Counted from the first letter of the stretch, positions 15,117 through 23,874 are shown. The stretch: 49,045 bases of DNA from Klebsiella pneumoniae (GCA_945867435.1 CAMBIK010000002.1:1-49045); one strand, 5' to 3'. Numbers and translations: made by a program. Notes: generated by a model not told the origin, from the sequence alone.

Positions 15117-16052
15117 CTATTGCGGGGCGAAACGGTAGGTCTTTGCCACGGGGAACTCCTTGGCGATGCGTTCGAAGCGCCAGGAGCTGACATTGCGCTT
15201 GATGCACGCCTCGAACGCCTCTTTGCTTTCGTCGAGGCCCTTAATCTTCAGGGCAAAGATGGTTCCCTCGGTACCAATCGTGAAGGTCACTCGCCATGCA
15301 CCGGCAAAGGCGGGATTCTCCTTGAGCTGCTGCTGTGCGCAAGTGTCGATCTGCGGCTGGTACGCCCCGGTGACCCTCTTGGCCATCACCGTGATCTCGT
15401 CGTCGGTCTCCAGCACCGCGCTGCTTTTGCGCTTGATGGCGATGTCGACCCCGCCGAGGGGCGAGAGGATCGGCGTTCCTGCACCTAGCCCGACCTTGAT
15501 GTCTTCCATGGGACGACTCGGCACATATTTGAGGCTGGTCGAGACGGTTCCGGACTCCTTTGCCGACGCGACATTCTCGCCGCCTTCCCCGGCGAAAAAG
15601 TCTGTCTCGTTGCGAGTTGGGCTCTTGGACCCAGACTTGGCATTTCGGGTGGGCGCGGTCGCCACGGCGGCTGCGGCTGCAACCGGGGGCGGTGGAGCCA
15701 CCGCCGCGGCGATCATGCCATCCTTGGGTGCCATGTAGGCGTCGTCTAGCTCATACACCAGAGCCTCAGCATCCTGTTGCATCTGCCACCAGCCTGCGCC
15801 ACCCAGCGCCGCGGCCACGCATACGCCGGCCAAGGCCAGCAGCATGTTGCGCGACTGCCCCCGCTTGGCTTGCTGCATCGCCTCGGCTTTCTGGCGCATG
15901 CGCGCCTGAAGTCCGGGATCCGTGGGCGCCTCTTCTCCGGGAATTTCCAGCAGGCAGTGCGGGCAATTCCCACCGCACCGGATCAGGTCGGCAGACACGG
16001 TGCCTTTGCAATAAGGGCAATGGGAGGTCGAGGCGGAGCCGGGTGCGTTCAT
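15117..16052 (-). CDS. Zinc-ribbon / single-TM protein with an AgmX/PglI-type (TonB-C-like) C-terminal domain
   Basis: ATG 16052 gives MNAPGSASTSHCPYCKGTVSADLIRCGGNCPHC (CxxC...CxxC). TM: LLALAGVCVAAALGGAGWW. C-terminus: CAQQQLKENPAFAGAWRVTFTIGTEGTIFALKIKGLDESKEAFEACIKRNVSSWRF. An alternative TTG start lies at 16091. Confidence 0.7.
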   Translation of the reverse strand: MNAPGSASTSHCPYCKGTVSADLIRCGGNCPHCLLEIPGEEAPTDPGLQARMRQKAEAMQQAKRGQSRNMLLALAGVCVAAALGGAGWWQMQQDAEALVYELDDAYMAPKDGMIAAAVAPPPPVAAAAAVATAPTRNAKSGSKSPTRNETDFFAGEGGENVASAKESGTVSTSLKYVPSRPMEDIKVGLGAGTPILSPLGGVDIAIKRKSSAVLETDDEITVMAKRVTGAYQPQIDTCAQQQLKENPAFAGAWRVTFTIGTEGTIFALKIKGLDESKEAFEACIKRNVSSWRFERIAKEFPVAKTYRFAPQ

Positions 16053-16095
16053 GCGGCAGGGAGGGTAACGACCCGGTACCGTTCCGCGCAAGCGC

Positions 16096-16971
16096 TCAGC
16101 GAGGTCCTGACACGTTCTCTCCCACCCATTCCGACATGCCGCCGAGCACGTTGTGGATGTGAGTGGCGCCGATGCTGGTCATGAACTCGGCCGCCGACGC
16201 GCTCCGGCCCCCACCCTGACAGACAAAGATCAGGTGCGTGGTCTGGGCAAGCTCGGCGTAGCGGTGGGGAAGCTCGTCGACCGGGATGTGCCGCGCCAGG
16301 GGGGACCGGCCCCCCGAGAACTCCTTCAGAGTGCGAACATCGACCAGAATGTAGGGAGAATCCGCCTCATTCAGCAGCGCGAGAGCTTCCGTGCTGGTCA
16401 CGTCTTTCACGCCGGCCGAGGGGGCACCGGGGGTGCGAAGCTGGCCATCGCCGTGGCTGTTGGTGGAAGGGGCTGGCCCGGCGGGGGGAGGCGGTTCCCG
16501 GCCTTCGATGCCCGACACGATGTCCAGCAGGCGGTCCACTCCCGGGAGGGATCGCTCGTTGAACCGCACGGTGCCGTCTTTTCCGATAATGACGACCTGA
16601 TCGCGGCAGGATGCCCGCAGTCGACCCGAGGCGCGGTATCCGCGCGCTGCCATCGCGAACGGGTCGTAGAGCAAGAATGTTTCCACGCCGAGCTGCTGCC
16701 GCCACGCCCGGAGCGCATCGGTTCGAGACGTGTGTACGCCGAACAAGGCACAATCGAGGGCCTCAAAGCGGCTGCGCTCCCGATCCAGGCGCTGGAGCCA
16801 TTCGCCCGTGCCCTCGTTGAGCGAGCGCATGAACACGAGCATCACATGAAGGTTTCCCTTGAAGTCGGGCAGCTTGATCCACGTGCCGTCGTCGGCCGTG
16901 AGGGACAGCAGGGTCGCCGGGCTGCCGACGGGCAGCGGCTTCCAACGGATGAGATCGAGGAGGCTGGGCAT
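16096..16971 (-). CDS. Fusion of an AhpC/TSA (peroxiredoxin/BCP)-like thioredoxin-fold domain lacking the peroxidatic Cys and a rhodanese domain
   Basis: The N-terminal half follows the Prx pattern (LPDFKGNLHVMLVFMRSLNEGTGEW...FGVHTS...FLLYDP...VVIIGKDGTV), but EGTG occupies the usual T/S-x-x-C position. The C-terminal half has the rhodanese active-site loop FVCQGGGRSASAA. Confidence 0.75.
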   Translation of the reverse strand: MPSLLDLIRWKPLPVGSPATLLSLTADDGTWIKLPDFKGNLHVMLVFMRSLNEGTGEWLQRLDRERSRFEALDCALFGVHTSRTDALRAWRQQLGVETFLLYDPFAMAARGYRASGRLRASCRDQVVIIGKDGTVRFNERSLPGVDRLLDIVSGIEGREPPPPAGPAPSTNSHGDGQLRTPGAPSAGVKDVTSTEALALLNEADSPYILVDVRTLKEFSGGRSPLARHIPVDELPHRYAELAQTTHLIFVCQGGGRSASAAEFMTSIGATHIHNVLGGMSEWVGENVSGPR

Positions 16972-17007
16972 GGTCCGCCACCTATCCTGTTGGCCGCCGG
17001 TCCGAAC

Positions 17008-19047
17008 CTACTCCAGTGCGTGTCGCGCTTCGTCCCTGCGCCGCAGGGCTTCCAGAAGCAGGGACTCGGCCTGCCCGTGGATGTTGTCAGCGCCGCCATC
17101 CTCAAACCGAACCTCGAACCGGCCATCGCCGAGTACGGCGAGGGAGTACAGAGCTTCTTCCCCGGTGCGCCGCCCATGCTGCGCCGCCACGATTTGCCCA
17201 CCCCGCACCTGCACGGTGCCCGGGTCGGGGGTGCCCGTGACCAAAACCAGCGCGGTCTTTCCCCCCAACGTGAGGGTCTGGAGGAGGTCCACCAGGCTCA
17301 GATCGCTCAGCGTGCCTGTGATGCCCACGCTGGATGTGGGTCGTCGGGCGAGAGCCCTCCGCAATTTGGCGACGACCACGTCCGGATGGATGGGCTTTTC
17401 CAGGACATCCTCGGCGCCGGCTTCCAAGCCTCGAGCCACGTCTTTCGGGCCGCCGCCCTTGTCGGTGAGGAGCAGGACCGGGATGTTTCGGGTGAGGTCG
17501 TTGCGCCGCAGTTCCAGCAGCAGGGAGAGCCCATCTTTCTTCGGCAGCCGGAGGTTGGCGACGATGGCTGCGGGCACGAGGTTTCGAGCCAGTTGAGCGG
17601 CTTGTTCGCCATCTGCGGCGACCAGCACATCGAAGCCCGCCGCGCTCAGGCGGGATTCAAGCACGGTGAGCACCGCGGCTTCCCTCTCCGCGAGGATCAC
17701 CGAGGAACTGGCGCCGCCACCTGCGGCTACCTGATGGCGAAGGCCCTGACGGCGCAGCACATGAGCGAGGCTGCGCAGCACCCGTGCGTCGTGGCGTGTG
17801 GCATCCGCGCCGAGAGCTTCCACGGGGTCGCCCCCATCCACAACCGAGGCGCGCACCGCTGAGCGCGCGGTGTACAGGACTTCCACCCGCATGTCGCGTC
17901 CCGGCCCCTCCTGCGCCTGAAGTCGGCGTTCTACGCCGGCGAACAGGCCTTCCATGTCCCACGGTGGGTCGAACTGTCGCAAGACGGTCATGGCGAGGGC
18001 GAAGCGGCGACCTTCGTCGCGGCTGTCCATCATGCCGGAGATGAGGCTAAGTTCATCAATGTCGGCGAAAAGTGCGGCGATATTCACAGCGTCGCGATCT
18101 TCCGGTCGCAAATCCATTTCTTCAGCCAGGGCATTGGCTAGCCGCGTGACACGCCGCACCCGTGCCCGCGCTTCCATCTGGCGCCCTTCCCCCGCGAGGA
18201 GAAGAAACTCGGTGAGCTGGAGGAAGAACGCGCGTGCGCGGTCGTCGGCCACGGCGCTTCGCCCGGTGAGACCGAAAGAATCGAGCGGACAGAGCCTCAG
18301 CCCCGCGCACGCCCGGCGCCATGAAGTCAGGAAAGGTTCCAACTGGCGGGCATGGACGCGCCGGTAGAAAACGCGCACGGGGCGGTCTTGACTGAGCATC
18401 GCCCCCACGGCTTCGGGATCGGCCACGACTTCGGCTTCCCCACCTTCCAGGGCGTCGAGCTGACGCATCGTCGCGGCCATCGCTGCGTCGGGTTCGACGA
18501 GGATCGTGAGCGTGAGGGCGGGGTTCACTTCCCTCAGGTCTGAGATGCGAGCGAGCGACCCCTCCTTGCTGCCCGCAGCGGTCGACTGAGGCACCAGGCG
18601 TTCCACAAGCCGCTGCAGTGCGCTGCGCGAGGCGATGAACAGACGCAGACGCGAGGCCTGGGTGGCGGCTTGCACCTGCCGTAGCGCGGGAATGTCGGTG
18701 GGGTCGGCGGTCAGAAGCGAGAGGACCCGCTTCTCGGGTTCCAGAAACGTGGGCACCAACAGCCTTTCGCGCATCAACTGCGGATTCACCAGCGCCAGCA
18801 CCTCGGGGGAGATCTGAAGCTTGTCCACCCGATCGTCGGGCACCAGATTCAACCTGAATTGCTGCGCGAGCGCACGGCTCAGGCTCGCGTCATCCATCAA
18901 TCCGAGTTGAAGAGCGACTTCCCCGAACGGCAATCCCATGGATTCTGGGGTTGCCATCTGTGCAAGCACCCTTGCCTGGTCCTCAGGAGTGAGGAGGCCC
19001 AACGAGATGCAGATCTCACCCAGCAGACTGTGGCTCATCCCGCCCAT
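17008..19047 (-). CDS. Multidomain signalling protein: T2SSE_N/MshEN-like N-terminus, degenerate HD-GYP-like region, pseudo-receiver domain, C-terminal DUF4388
   Basis: N-terminus: LLGEICISLGLLTPEDQARVLAQ and PFGEVALQLGLMDDASLSRALAQQ (GspE-N/MshEN-type tandem motifs). HD-like: RVTRLANALAEEMDL...AALFADIDE, with HD replaced by AD. Receiver: ...AAIVANLRLPKKDG...VLLLTDK...LEKP, with Asn (17554-17556) at the phospho-Asp position. DUF4388: GTLSDLSLVDLLQTLTLGGKTALVLV. The start is ATG 19047 or 19038. Confidence 0.75.
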   Translation of the reverse strand: MGGMSHSLLGEICISLGLLTPEDQARVLAQMATPESMGLPFGEVALQLGLMDDASLSRALAQQFRLNLVPDDRVDKLQISPEVLALVNPQLMRERLLVPTFLEPEKRVLSLLTADPTDIPALRQVQAATQASRLRLFIASRSALQRLVERLVPQSTAAGSKEGSLARISDLREVNPALTLTILVEPDAAMAATMRQLDALEGGEAEVVADPEAVGAMLSQDRPVRVFYRRVHARQLEPFLTSWRRACAGLRLCPLDSFGLTGRSAVADDRARAFFLQLTEFLLLAGEGRQMEARARVRRVTRLANALAEEMDLRPEDRDAVNIAALFADIDELSLISGMMDSRDEGRRFALAMTVLRQFDPPWDMEGLFAGVERRLQAQEGPGRDMRVEVLYTARSAVRASVVDGGDPVEALGADATRHDARVLRSLAHVLRRQGLRHQVAAGGGASSSVILAEREAAVLTVLESRLSAAGFDVLVAADGEQAAQLARNLVPAAIVANLRLPKKDGLSLLLELRRNDLTRNIPVLLLTDKGGGPKDVARGLEAGAEDVLEKPIHPDVVVAKLRRALARRPTSSVGITGTLSDLSLVDLLQTLTLGGKTALVLVTGTPDPGTVQVRGGQIVAAQHGRRTGEEALYSLAVLGDGRFEVRFEDGGADNIHGQAESLLLEALRRRDEARHALE

Positions 19048-19077
19048 CGTATTCTGATCCGGAATAGGTTGTGCGAC

Positions 19078-20838
19078 ATGGCGGGTGAGGACGGCGACCA
19101 GACGAACGAAGTCAGCACGCGTGCCGAGGCGGCCGCCTCGGCCCGGCTTCGCGAAGCCTTCCTGGCCCTTGTGCGTGGTGCCAAGGCGGAACGCATGTAC
19201 TTGGGTAGCGCCGCCACCGAAATGAACGCGGCACATGCCCGGTTTCATCTTGCGTTTCTACGGGGTGTGCGGGAAGCTCTCGAGGAACTGCCCGTGTTGA
19301 TTCTCGTGGTGTCGCCGGCCGGCATTCAGCTCGGGAACTTCGTCGTGCTCGAGGCGACCGACAGCCGGGGAGACGTGGTCGAGTCACTCTTTTCCGCTGG
19401 GTTGCGTCGGTTCTACATCGAGGTGGGTGCGGCGGACGAAGAACTCGCGGCGATGGGACGCTTGCTGCTGACTCCCTGGGGAACCATGGGGGACGAAGAC
19501 GAGGACCTCTCCGCTGCGGTTTGGCACGCCGACTTCGCGCACGTCTATTTCGATGTCATGGATGCCCTGGCTGATCGCGAGAACGAGGAGGTGGGTGACA
19601 GCCCGATCGTTCGTGAATTGGCTGGGTTGGTCCTCGAACTGAACGCCCAGGCAAAAGGGTCCGCCGATGGCGAGCTGGCGCGGTTGCGTCAGGACGAGCT
19701 CGCCGTTTTCTTGGGGGTCAAGGACACTGTGGAGTTTCGGACGGTAGGCAGGGAGGATGCCCGAGTTCGGCTTGAAGGCAATTTTAGTTCGCAGCTGGCC
19801 GGCGAGCTTCAGGCCTTGCGGGAAGATCGCGACATGGCGACCTCCGACGTGGTGGGTCTGCTCGCCACCTGCATCAACGCGGCGGTGGAGTCCGACCGAG
19901 CCCGAATGATCGGCGAAGCATGGTTCACCTTCGTGGTCAATGCGGCGCTCGTCCAACGGGGGACCAGCGCGCTCATCCTGCGAACGGCGGAGCTGCTCGA
20001 TGAGGACCTTACGCCCAATCTGGCGCATCGCGACATCGTCCGGGCCGCTTCGGGCATGCTGGCTCAGGAGCCTACTCGGGGTCGCCTGGTGAGGCTGTTC
20101 GCCACGAGCGAACAGAAAGAGGTGACTGGCTTGGCCTTCACCCTGTTCAACCTGCTGCCCGGGGAGGCCGAAGCGGTCACCCTCGCCGATGTTTTGCCGG
20201 TCTGGGCGACTCGGGTTCTCGCCGACACGCTGCTGCTTCGCTGCGTTGCCGAATCGGTTGCGGCGGTAGAACTTGCGACCCGCTTCATGGCCCTTTCCGA
20301 GCGCGGCGGCATCCTGTTGGGCCTGATGATGGCCGCGCGTCACAGCGATCCCCGGCTCATCGAGCCGCTGCTTGGGCATGTGGGCGATGCCACCGAGGAG
20401 GTGCGCGAGGCCGCACTGGTCGCCCTTCGCCAATATCAAACGCCCCGGATCCGCGAGGCCGTCCGCACGGCGCTTGGCGATTCCACCGAACGGGTGCGGG
20501 TGGAGGCGCTCCGCTACTGTGTCGCGTACCGCGACGTGGGTGCGTTCCCCCTGCTTGAAACGCGGATCGACAGCACAGAGGTCGGGTCGGCCAGCGACGC
20601 CGAACTGCGCGCACTTTGCATTGCGATCGGTAGAATTCATGGTGCACAGTCGCTTCCTCTCCTGTCCGCCCTGGCGCAGGGCGCGCACCCGGCCCGCCAC
20701 CCGCAGTTGCCTCGCTTCGCACTGCATGGCATGCGGGCGGTGAATTCCGACGCTGCGCGCACCGCCATGACCCGGGCGGCCCGCCTCGTTCCCGCGCTTG
20801 CCGCCGAGGTCGATGCGTTGATGCAGGTTCAGCGATGA
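19078..20838 (+). CDS. HEAT-repeat protein with a large uncharacterised N-terminal region
   Basis: C-terminal HEAT/PBS-lyase-like repeats: EVREAALVALRQYQTPRIREAVRTALGDSTERVRVEALRYCV. The ATG 19078 start is preferred; later ATGs at 19195 and 19222 are possible. The stop overlaps the next ATG (ATGA, 20835-20838). Confidence 0.7.
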   Translation: MAGEDGDQTNEVSTRAEAAASARLREAFLALVRGAKAERMYLGSAATEMNAAHARFHLAFLRGVREALEELPVLILVVSPAGIQLGNFVVLEATDSRGDVVESLFSAGLRRFYIEVGAADEELAAMGRLLLTPWGTMGDEDEDLSAAVWHADFAHVYFDVMDALADRENEEVGDSPIVRELAGLVLELNAQAKGSADGELARLRQDELAVFLGVKDTVEFRTVGREDARVRLEGNFSSQLAGELQALREDRDMATSDVVGLLATCINAAVESDRARMIGEAWFTFVVNAALVQRGTSALILRTAELLDEDLTPNLAHRDIVRAASGMLAQEPTRGRLVRLFATSEQKEVTGLAFTLFNLLPGEAEAVTLADVLPVWATRVLADTLLLRCVAESVAAVELATRFMALSERGGILLGLMMAARHSDPRLIEPLLGHVGDATEEVREAALVALRQYQTPRIREAVRTALGDSTERVRVEALRYCVAYRDVGAFPLLETRIDSTEVGSASDAELRALCIAIGRIHGAQSLPLLSALAQGAHPARHPQLPRFALHGMRAVNSDAARTAMTRAARLVPALAAEVDALMQVQR

Positions 20839-22187
20839 GCGGAGGCATGCCCGATTCCCGTCTTCTTTCGCGCCATCTCGGCGCCATTACCCGTGCCATC
20901 CGCATTCACGACGTGTCCAACCAGGCCGTGTCCAGGCTCATCGGGTGGAGCGCCCGCGATCTCACGAAGCTGTCGGCCGACTCCATGGACGCCCGCGTGG
21001 AGGTGGATGTGGCGGGCGTGCTGGTGGTGAACAACATCCCCCAACGGCTAAACCGGGAGAATCGTACGCAGCTGCTGCCGTTGGCAGCGATGCTTCGTAA
21101 GGTGGATGCCGGTGGCTTCGCAATTTCAGGTCCGGTTTCGCCGGGCCAACTGCTCGCCCTGTTCAGCGCGATTCACGATGCGGTTCCCGGGAAGTCTCGT
21201 GCCGCCGTTCAGAGCCTGATCGATGGCGGGGCCGTGTCTCCGCTGCAGTTAATCGGCCCTCGGGTGCTGATCTCCGGGATGGTGGGCGGCCCGGGAGACG
21301 CCGTCCGGCTCGCCGCGTCCGAGTCGCTTCAGGCCTACATCCGGGCAAACCTCGCGGTGCACACGGCGTTGGCCGAAGGCGTGCTAACGCGCATTCCTCC
21401 GGCCGTTTTCCGGTCTGTGCAGGCGCTCGCCGATCTGGCGGACACGGACATCCGCATGCACCTCGCGCTCACCTGCCTCAAGGCGGATGTGGACTACGAG
21501 ATCCGCCATCCGGTGCACAGCATGATCCTGGCGATGGCGCTCGGGGCACGGCTTGGGCTCCCGCGCGTCCTTTTGGTCGAGCTCGGGCTGGCCGCGCTCT
21601 TGGCGGCCACGCTACCCGCCGACGCCGACGCCGACGATATCCTCAGCTTGGTCGTGTCGATGATCCAGGGTCCCCGCCTCTCCCTTTCGCGCGCGCGCCG
21701 GATGCTGGCCCTGTTTGATGTTCGCGCCGGGTTCGACCGTACCGGGCCTCCGCACCTGCCGCTCGACTCTCCGCCTCACCTCTTCGCGCGTCTCGTCGCG
21801 ATTGCGGTCGCGTTCGATGCGCTCACGACCGCCCATGGCGACAGTCCGGGGCTGCTTGCCGACGAGGCCCTGGCGCAGATGGGGGAGGCCAGCGGGATTG
21901 GCTTCGACCCGGAACTGCTGAGCCTTTTTGCGTTGGTGATCGGTCGCTATCCGTTGGGCACGGCGCTCCTGCTGAACACCGGGGAAGTGGGCATCGTGGT
22001 GCACACCCAGAGCGACCCGGCGCTGGCCAATCGTCCCCTCGTCCGAATCGTTCGGGATGCGGCGGGCAGGGACCTCGCGAACGGTGTATTGGTAGATCTA
22101 GCTGATCCAACGTGTGGAAGTACGGTCACGGTTCGTGTGGATGCGCACGTGTTGGGCATCGACGCCGCCCGCGCGATTTTCTCATGA
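20835..22187 (+). CDS. HD-GYP-like protein with degenerate metal site (DUF3391-type architecture)
   Basis: HPVHSMILAMALGARLGL...LGLAALLAATLP stands where LHDIGK is expected. RLVAIAVAFDALTT is retained. The C-terminus GRYPLGTALLLNTGEVGIVV is typical of this architecture. It has ATGA overlaps at both ends. Confidence 0.7.
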   Translation: MSGGMPDSRLLSRHLGAITRAIRIHDVSNQAVSRLIGWSARDLTKLSADSMDARVEVDVAGVLVVNNIPQRLNRENRTQLLPLAAMLRKVDAGGFAISGPVSPGQLLALFSAIHDAVPGKSRAAVQSLIDGGAVSPLQLIGPRVLISGMVGGPGDAVRLAASESLQAYIRANLAVHTALAEGVLTRIPPAVFRSVQALADLADTDIRMHLALTCLKADVDYEIRHPVHSMILAMALGARLGLPRVLLVELGLAALLAATLPADADADDILSLVVSMIQGPRLSLSRARRMLALFDVRAGFDRTGPPHLPLDSPPHLFARLVAIAVAFDALTTAHGDSPGLLADEALAQMGEASGIGFDPELLSLFALVIGRYPLGTALLLNTGEVGIVVHTQSDPALANRPLVRIVRDAAGRDLANGVLVDLADPTCGSTVTVRVDAHVLGIDAARAIFS

Positions 22188-23008
22188 CCCCGTGCGTACC
22201 CACCGCGGAGGGATCCCTTCGCGCCATCCTGGCGGACATGGGCTCGGTCCTCGTGGCCTTTTCGGGCGGGGTTGATTCCTGCCTGCTCCTCGCGGTCGCC
22301 GTGGAGGTTTTGGGCACCCGAGCGGCGGCCTTCACAGCCGCCAGCGCGACCCTGGTGGAATCTGAACGGGATGGGGCGGTGGCGGTGGCGGCGGCGCTCG
22401 GTGCCCGGCACATCCTCGCGGATTCGCACGAGCTTGAAAGGGAAGCTTACCGCGCGAACGCCGGTGACCGCTGCTACCACTGCAAGACCGAGTTGTTTGA
22501 CCTGGCGCGACTGGCGGCCGCCCGCGAGGGCTTCGCCTGGGTCGCGGATGGCACGATCGTGGATGATCTGCGCGAGCATCGGCCTGGTTTGGCGGCTGCC
22601 AGCGAGCACCAGGTTCGTCACCCGCTGGTCGAGGCCGGGTTCGACAAGTCCATGGTCCGTGAGGAGGCGCGCCGTCGCGGCCTGCCCGTGTGGGACAAGC
22701 CGGCCGCGCCGTGCCTGGGAAGTCGCTTCGCTGTGGGAACCCGCGTGTCGTCCGAGCGGCTGGCGCGGGTGGCCTCGATGGAACGCACGCTCCGCGGCCT
22801 GGGGTTTGCAGTGGTCCGCGTCCGGGTGCGCGATGTGGGAGGAGTGGAGCGCGCCAGCATCGAAGTCGGGCCCAGCGAGTTGTGGCGGTTGGAGGATCCC
22901 AGGCTGCGTGTGCAGATCGAGGAAGCGGCAGAAAAGTTAGCCTTCAAGCGTATTTTTATCGACCCAGCGGGTTACCGTCGCGGAAGCGTTTCGATGGCGG
23001 TGCCGTGA
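22184..23008 (+). CDS. larE: LarE-like PP-loop ATP pyrophosphatase (TIGR00268-type sulfur transferase family)
   Basis: PP-loop VAFSGGVDS. CYHCK (Cys codons 22472-22474 and 22481-22483). PAAPCLGSRF (Cys codon 22712-22714, residue 177). ATG 22184 overlaps the upstream TGA. Confidence 0.85.
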   Translation: MTPCVPTAEGSLRAILADMGSVLVAFSGGVDSCLLLAVAVEVLGTRAAAFTAASATLVESERDGAVAVAAALGARHILADSHELEREAYRANAGDRCYHCKTELFDLARLAAAREGFAWVADGTIVDDLREHRPGLAAASEHQVRHPLVEAGFDKSMVREEARRRGLPVWDKPAAPCLGSRFAVGTRVSSERLARVASMERTLRGLGFAVVRVRVRDVGGVERASIEVGPSELWRLEDPRLRVQIEEAAEKLAFKRIFIDPAGYRRGSVSMAVP

Positions 23009-23868
23009 GCGAAGCAGGGGTGCAGGTTCACGAGTTGGGACCCCAAGATCTGCCCGCGGCACCCGCGGTCCGTCGGCGCGTGGTCGCAGAGCTGCTGGTG
23101 CTTTGGCTGGCCACCTTGTTTGCCATTCGGGCCGTTGTGAGCGTTCAGGCTCTCGGCCTGCCCGACGTGGTCCTGGCGCTCGTGCCCTTCCTCTTCATCT
23201 ACGCGCCGGTGTGGCTGTGTTCGTGGCGCGGGGTGGACAGCTACGCCTACAAGATCGCCATTCCCGCCTTCGGGGATTTCGCGGCGTGGGGGAGGGCGGC
23301 GCGCCTCTGCGCGGTGGTGATCGCCCTCATCCTCATCCCATGGCTGGTCGGCTACCATTTGTACCAGAACGCGGCTCGCGCGCTGATCGACTCCGTGGGG
23401 CCGATTGACAGCTTCGCCAAGGGGAAAGGTGTCTTTCTTGGGGTGATGGGAGGGGACATCGACGTGCTGGGCCCGGACCCTTGGTTCACCCTGACTCAAA
23501 CGGTGGTTCCGTCGTGGAAGGTGCCGAAGGAAGCGTGGCTGTTGGTGCCGTACCACCTCTTTTTTGTCGCCATTCCAGAGGAGTTCTTCTATCGGGGCTA
23601 CGTGCAGACACGCCTCAACGAGGTTTTCCCGAGGCGTTGGCGCGTTTTCGGCACGCATGTGGGGCCGGGCTTGATCATCGGGTGCCTGATCTTCGCGTTC
23701 GGGCACTCCCTCGTCACGATTCAATGGTGGCACTTCGCCACGTTTTTCCCCGGCCTCGTGTTCGGCTGGATGCGTGAACGCACGGGCGGCCCCGTCGCGG
23801 GAGCCCTTTTCCACGCCTGGAGTAACGTCACCGTTACGTGGTTGAACGCGCTTTACGGGGTGGGCTGA
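23005..23868 (+). CDS. CPBP-family (CAAX-type) intramembrane glutamic endopeptidase
   Basis: GTG 23005 overlaps the larE stop (GTGA). Multiple TM segments. Motifs: IPEEFFYRGY (EExxxR), FAFGHS (FxxxH), FHAWSN (HxxxN). Confidence 0.8.
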   Translation: MSEAGVQVHELGPQDLPAAPAVRRRVVAELLVLWLATLFAIRAVVSVQALGLPDVVLALVPFLFIYAPVWLCSWRGVDSYAYKIAIPAFGDFAAWGRAARLCAVVIALILIPWLVGYHLYQNAARALIDSVGPIDSFAKGKGVFLGVMGGDIDVLGPDPWFTLTQTVVPSWKVPKEAWLLVPYHLFFVAIPEEFFYRGYVQTRLNEVFPRRWRVFGTHVGPGLIIGCLIFAFGHSLVTIQWWHFATFFPGLVFGWMRERTGGPVAGALFHAWSNVTVTWLNALYGVG

Positions 23869-23874
23869 CTGGCT

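Noticed and set aside
16153-17862. 569-aa plus-strand ORF
   Set aside because: It is antisense to the Prx-like/rhodanese gene and the regulator gene, and is Arg/Gly/His-rich with no domain signatures.
19522-19537. TGGCAC-N5 sequence considered as a sigma54 -24/-12 promoter
   Set aside because: The -12 element (TTGC) is absent (CTTCG) and the site lies inside the HEAT-repeat coding region.
19384-20727. 447-aa minus-strand ORF
   Set aside because: It is antisense to the HEAT-repeat gene and has shadow composition.
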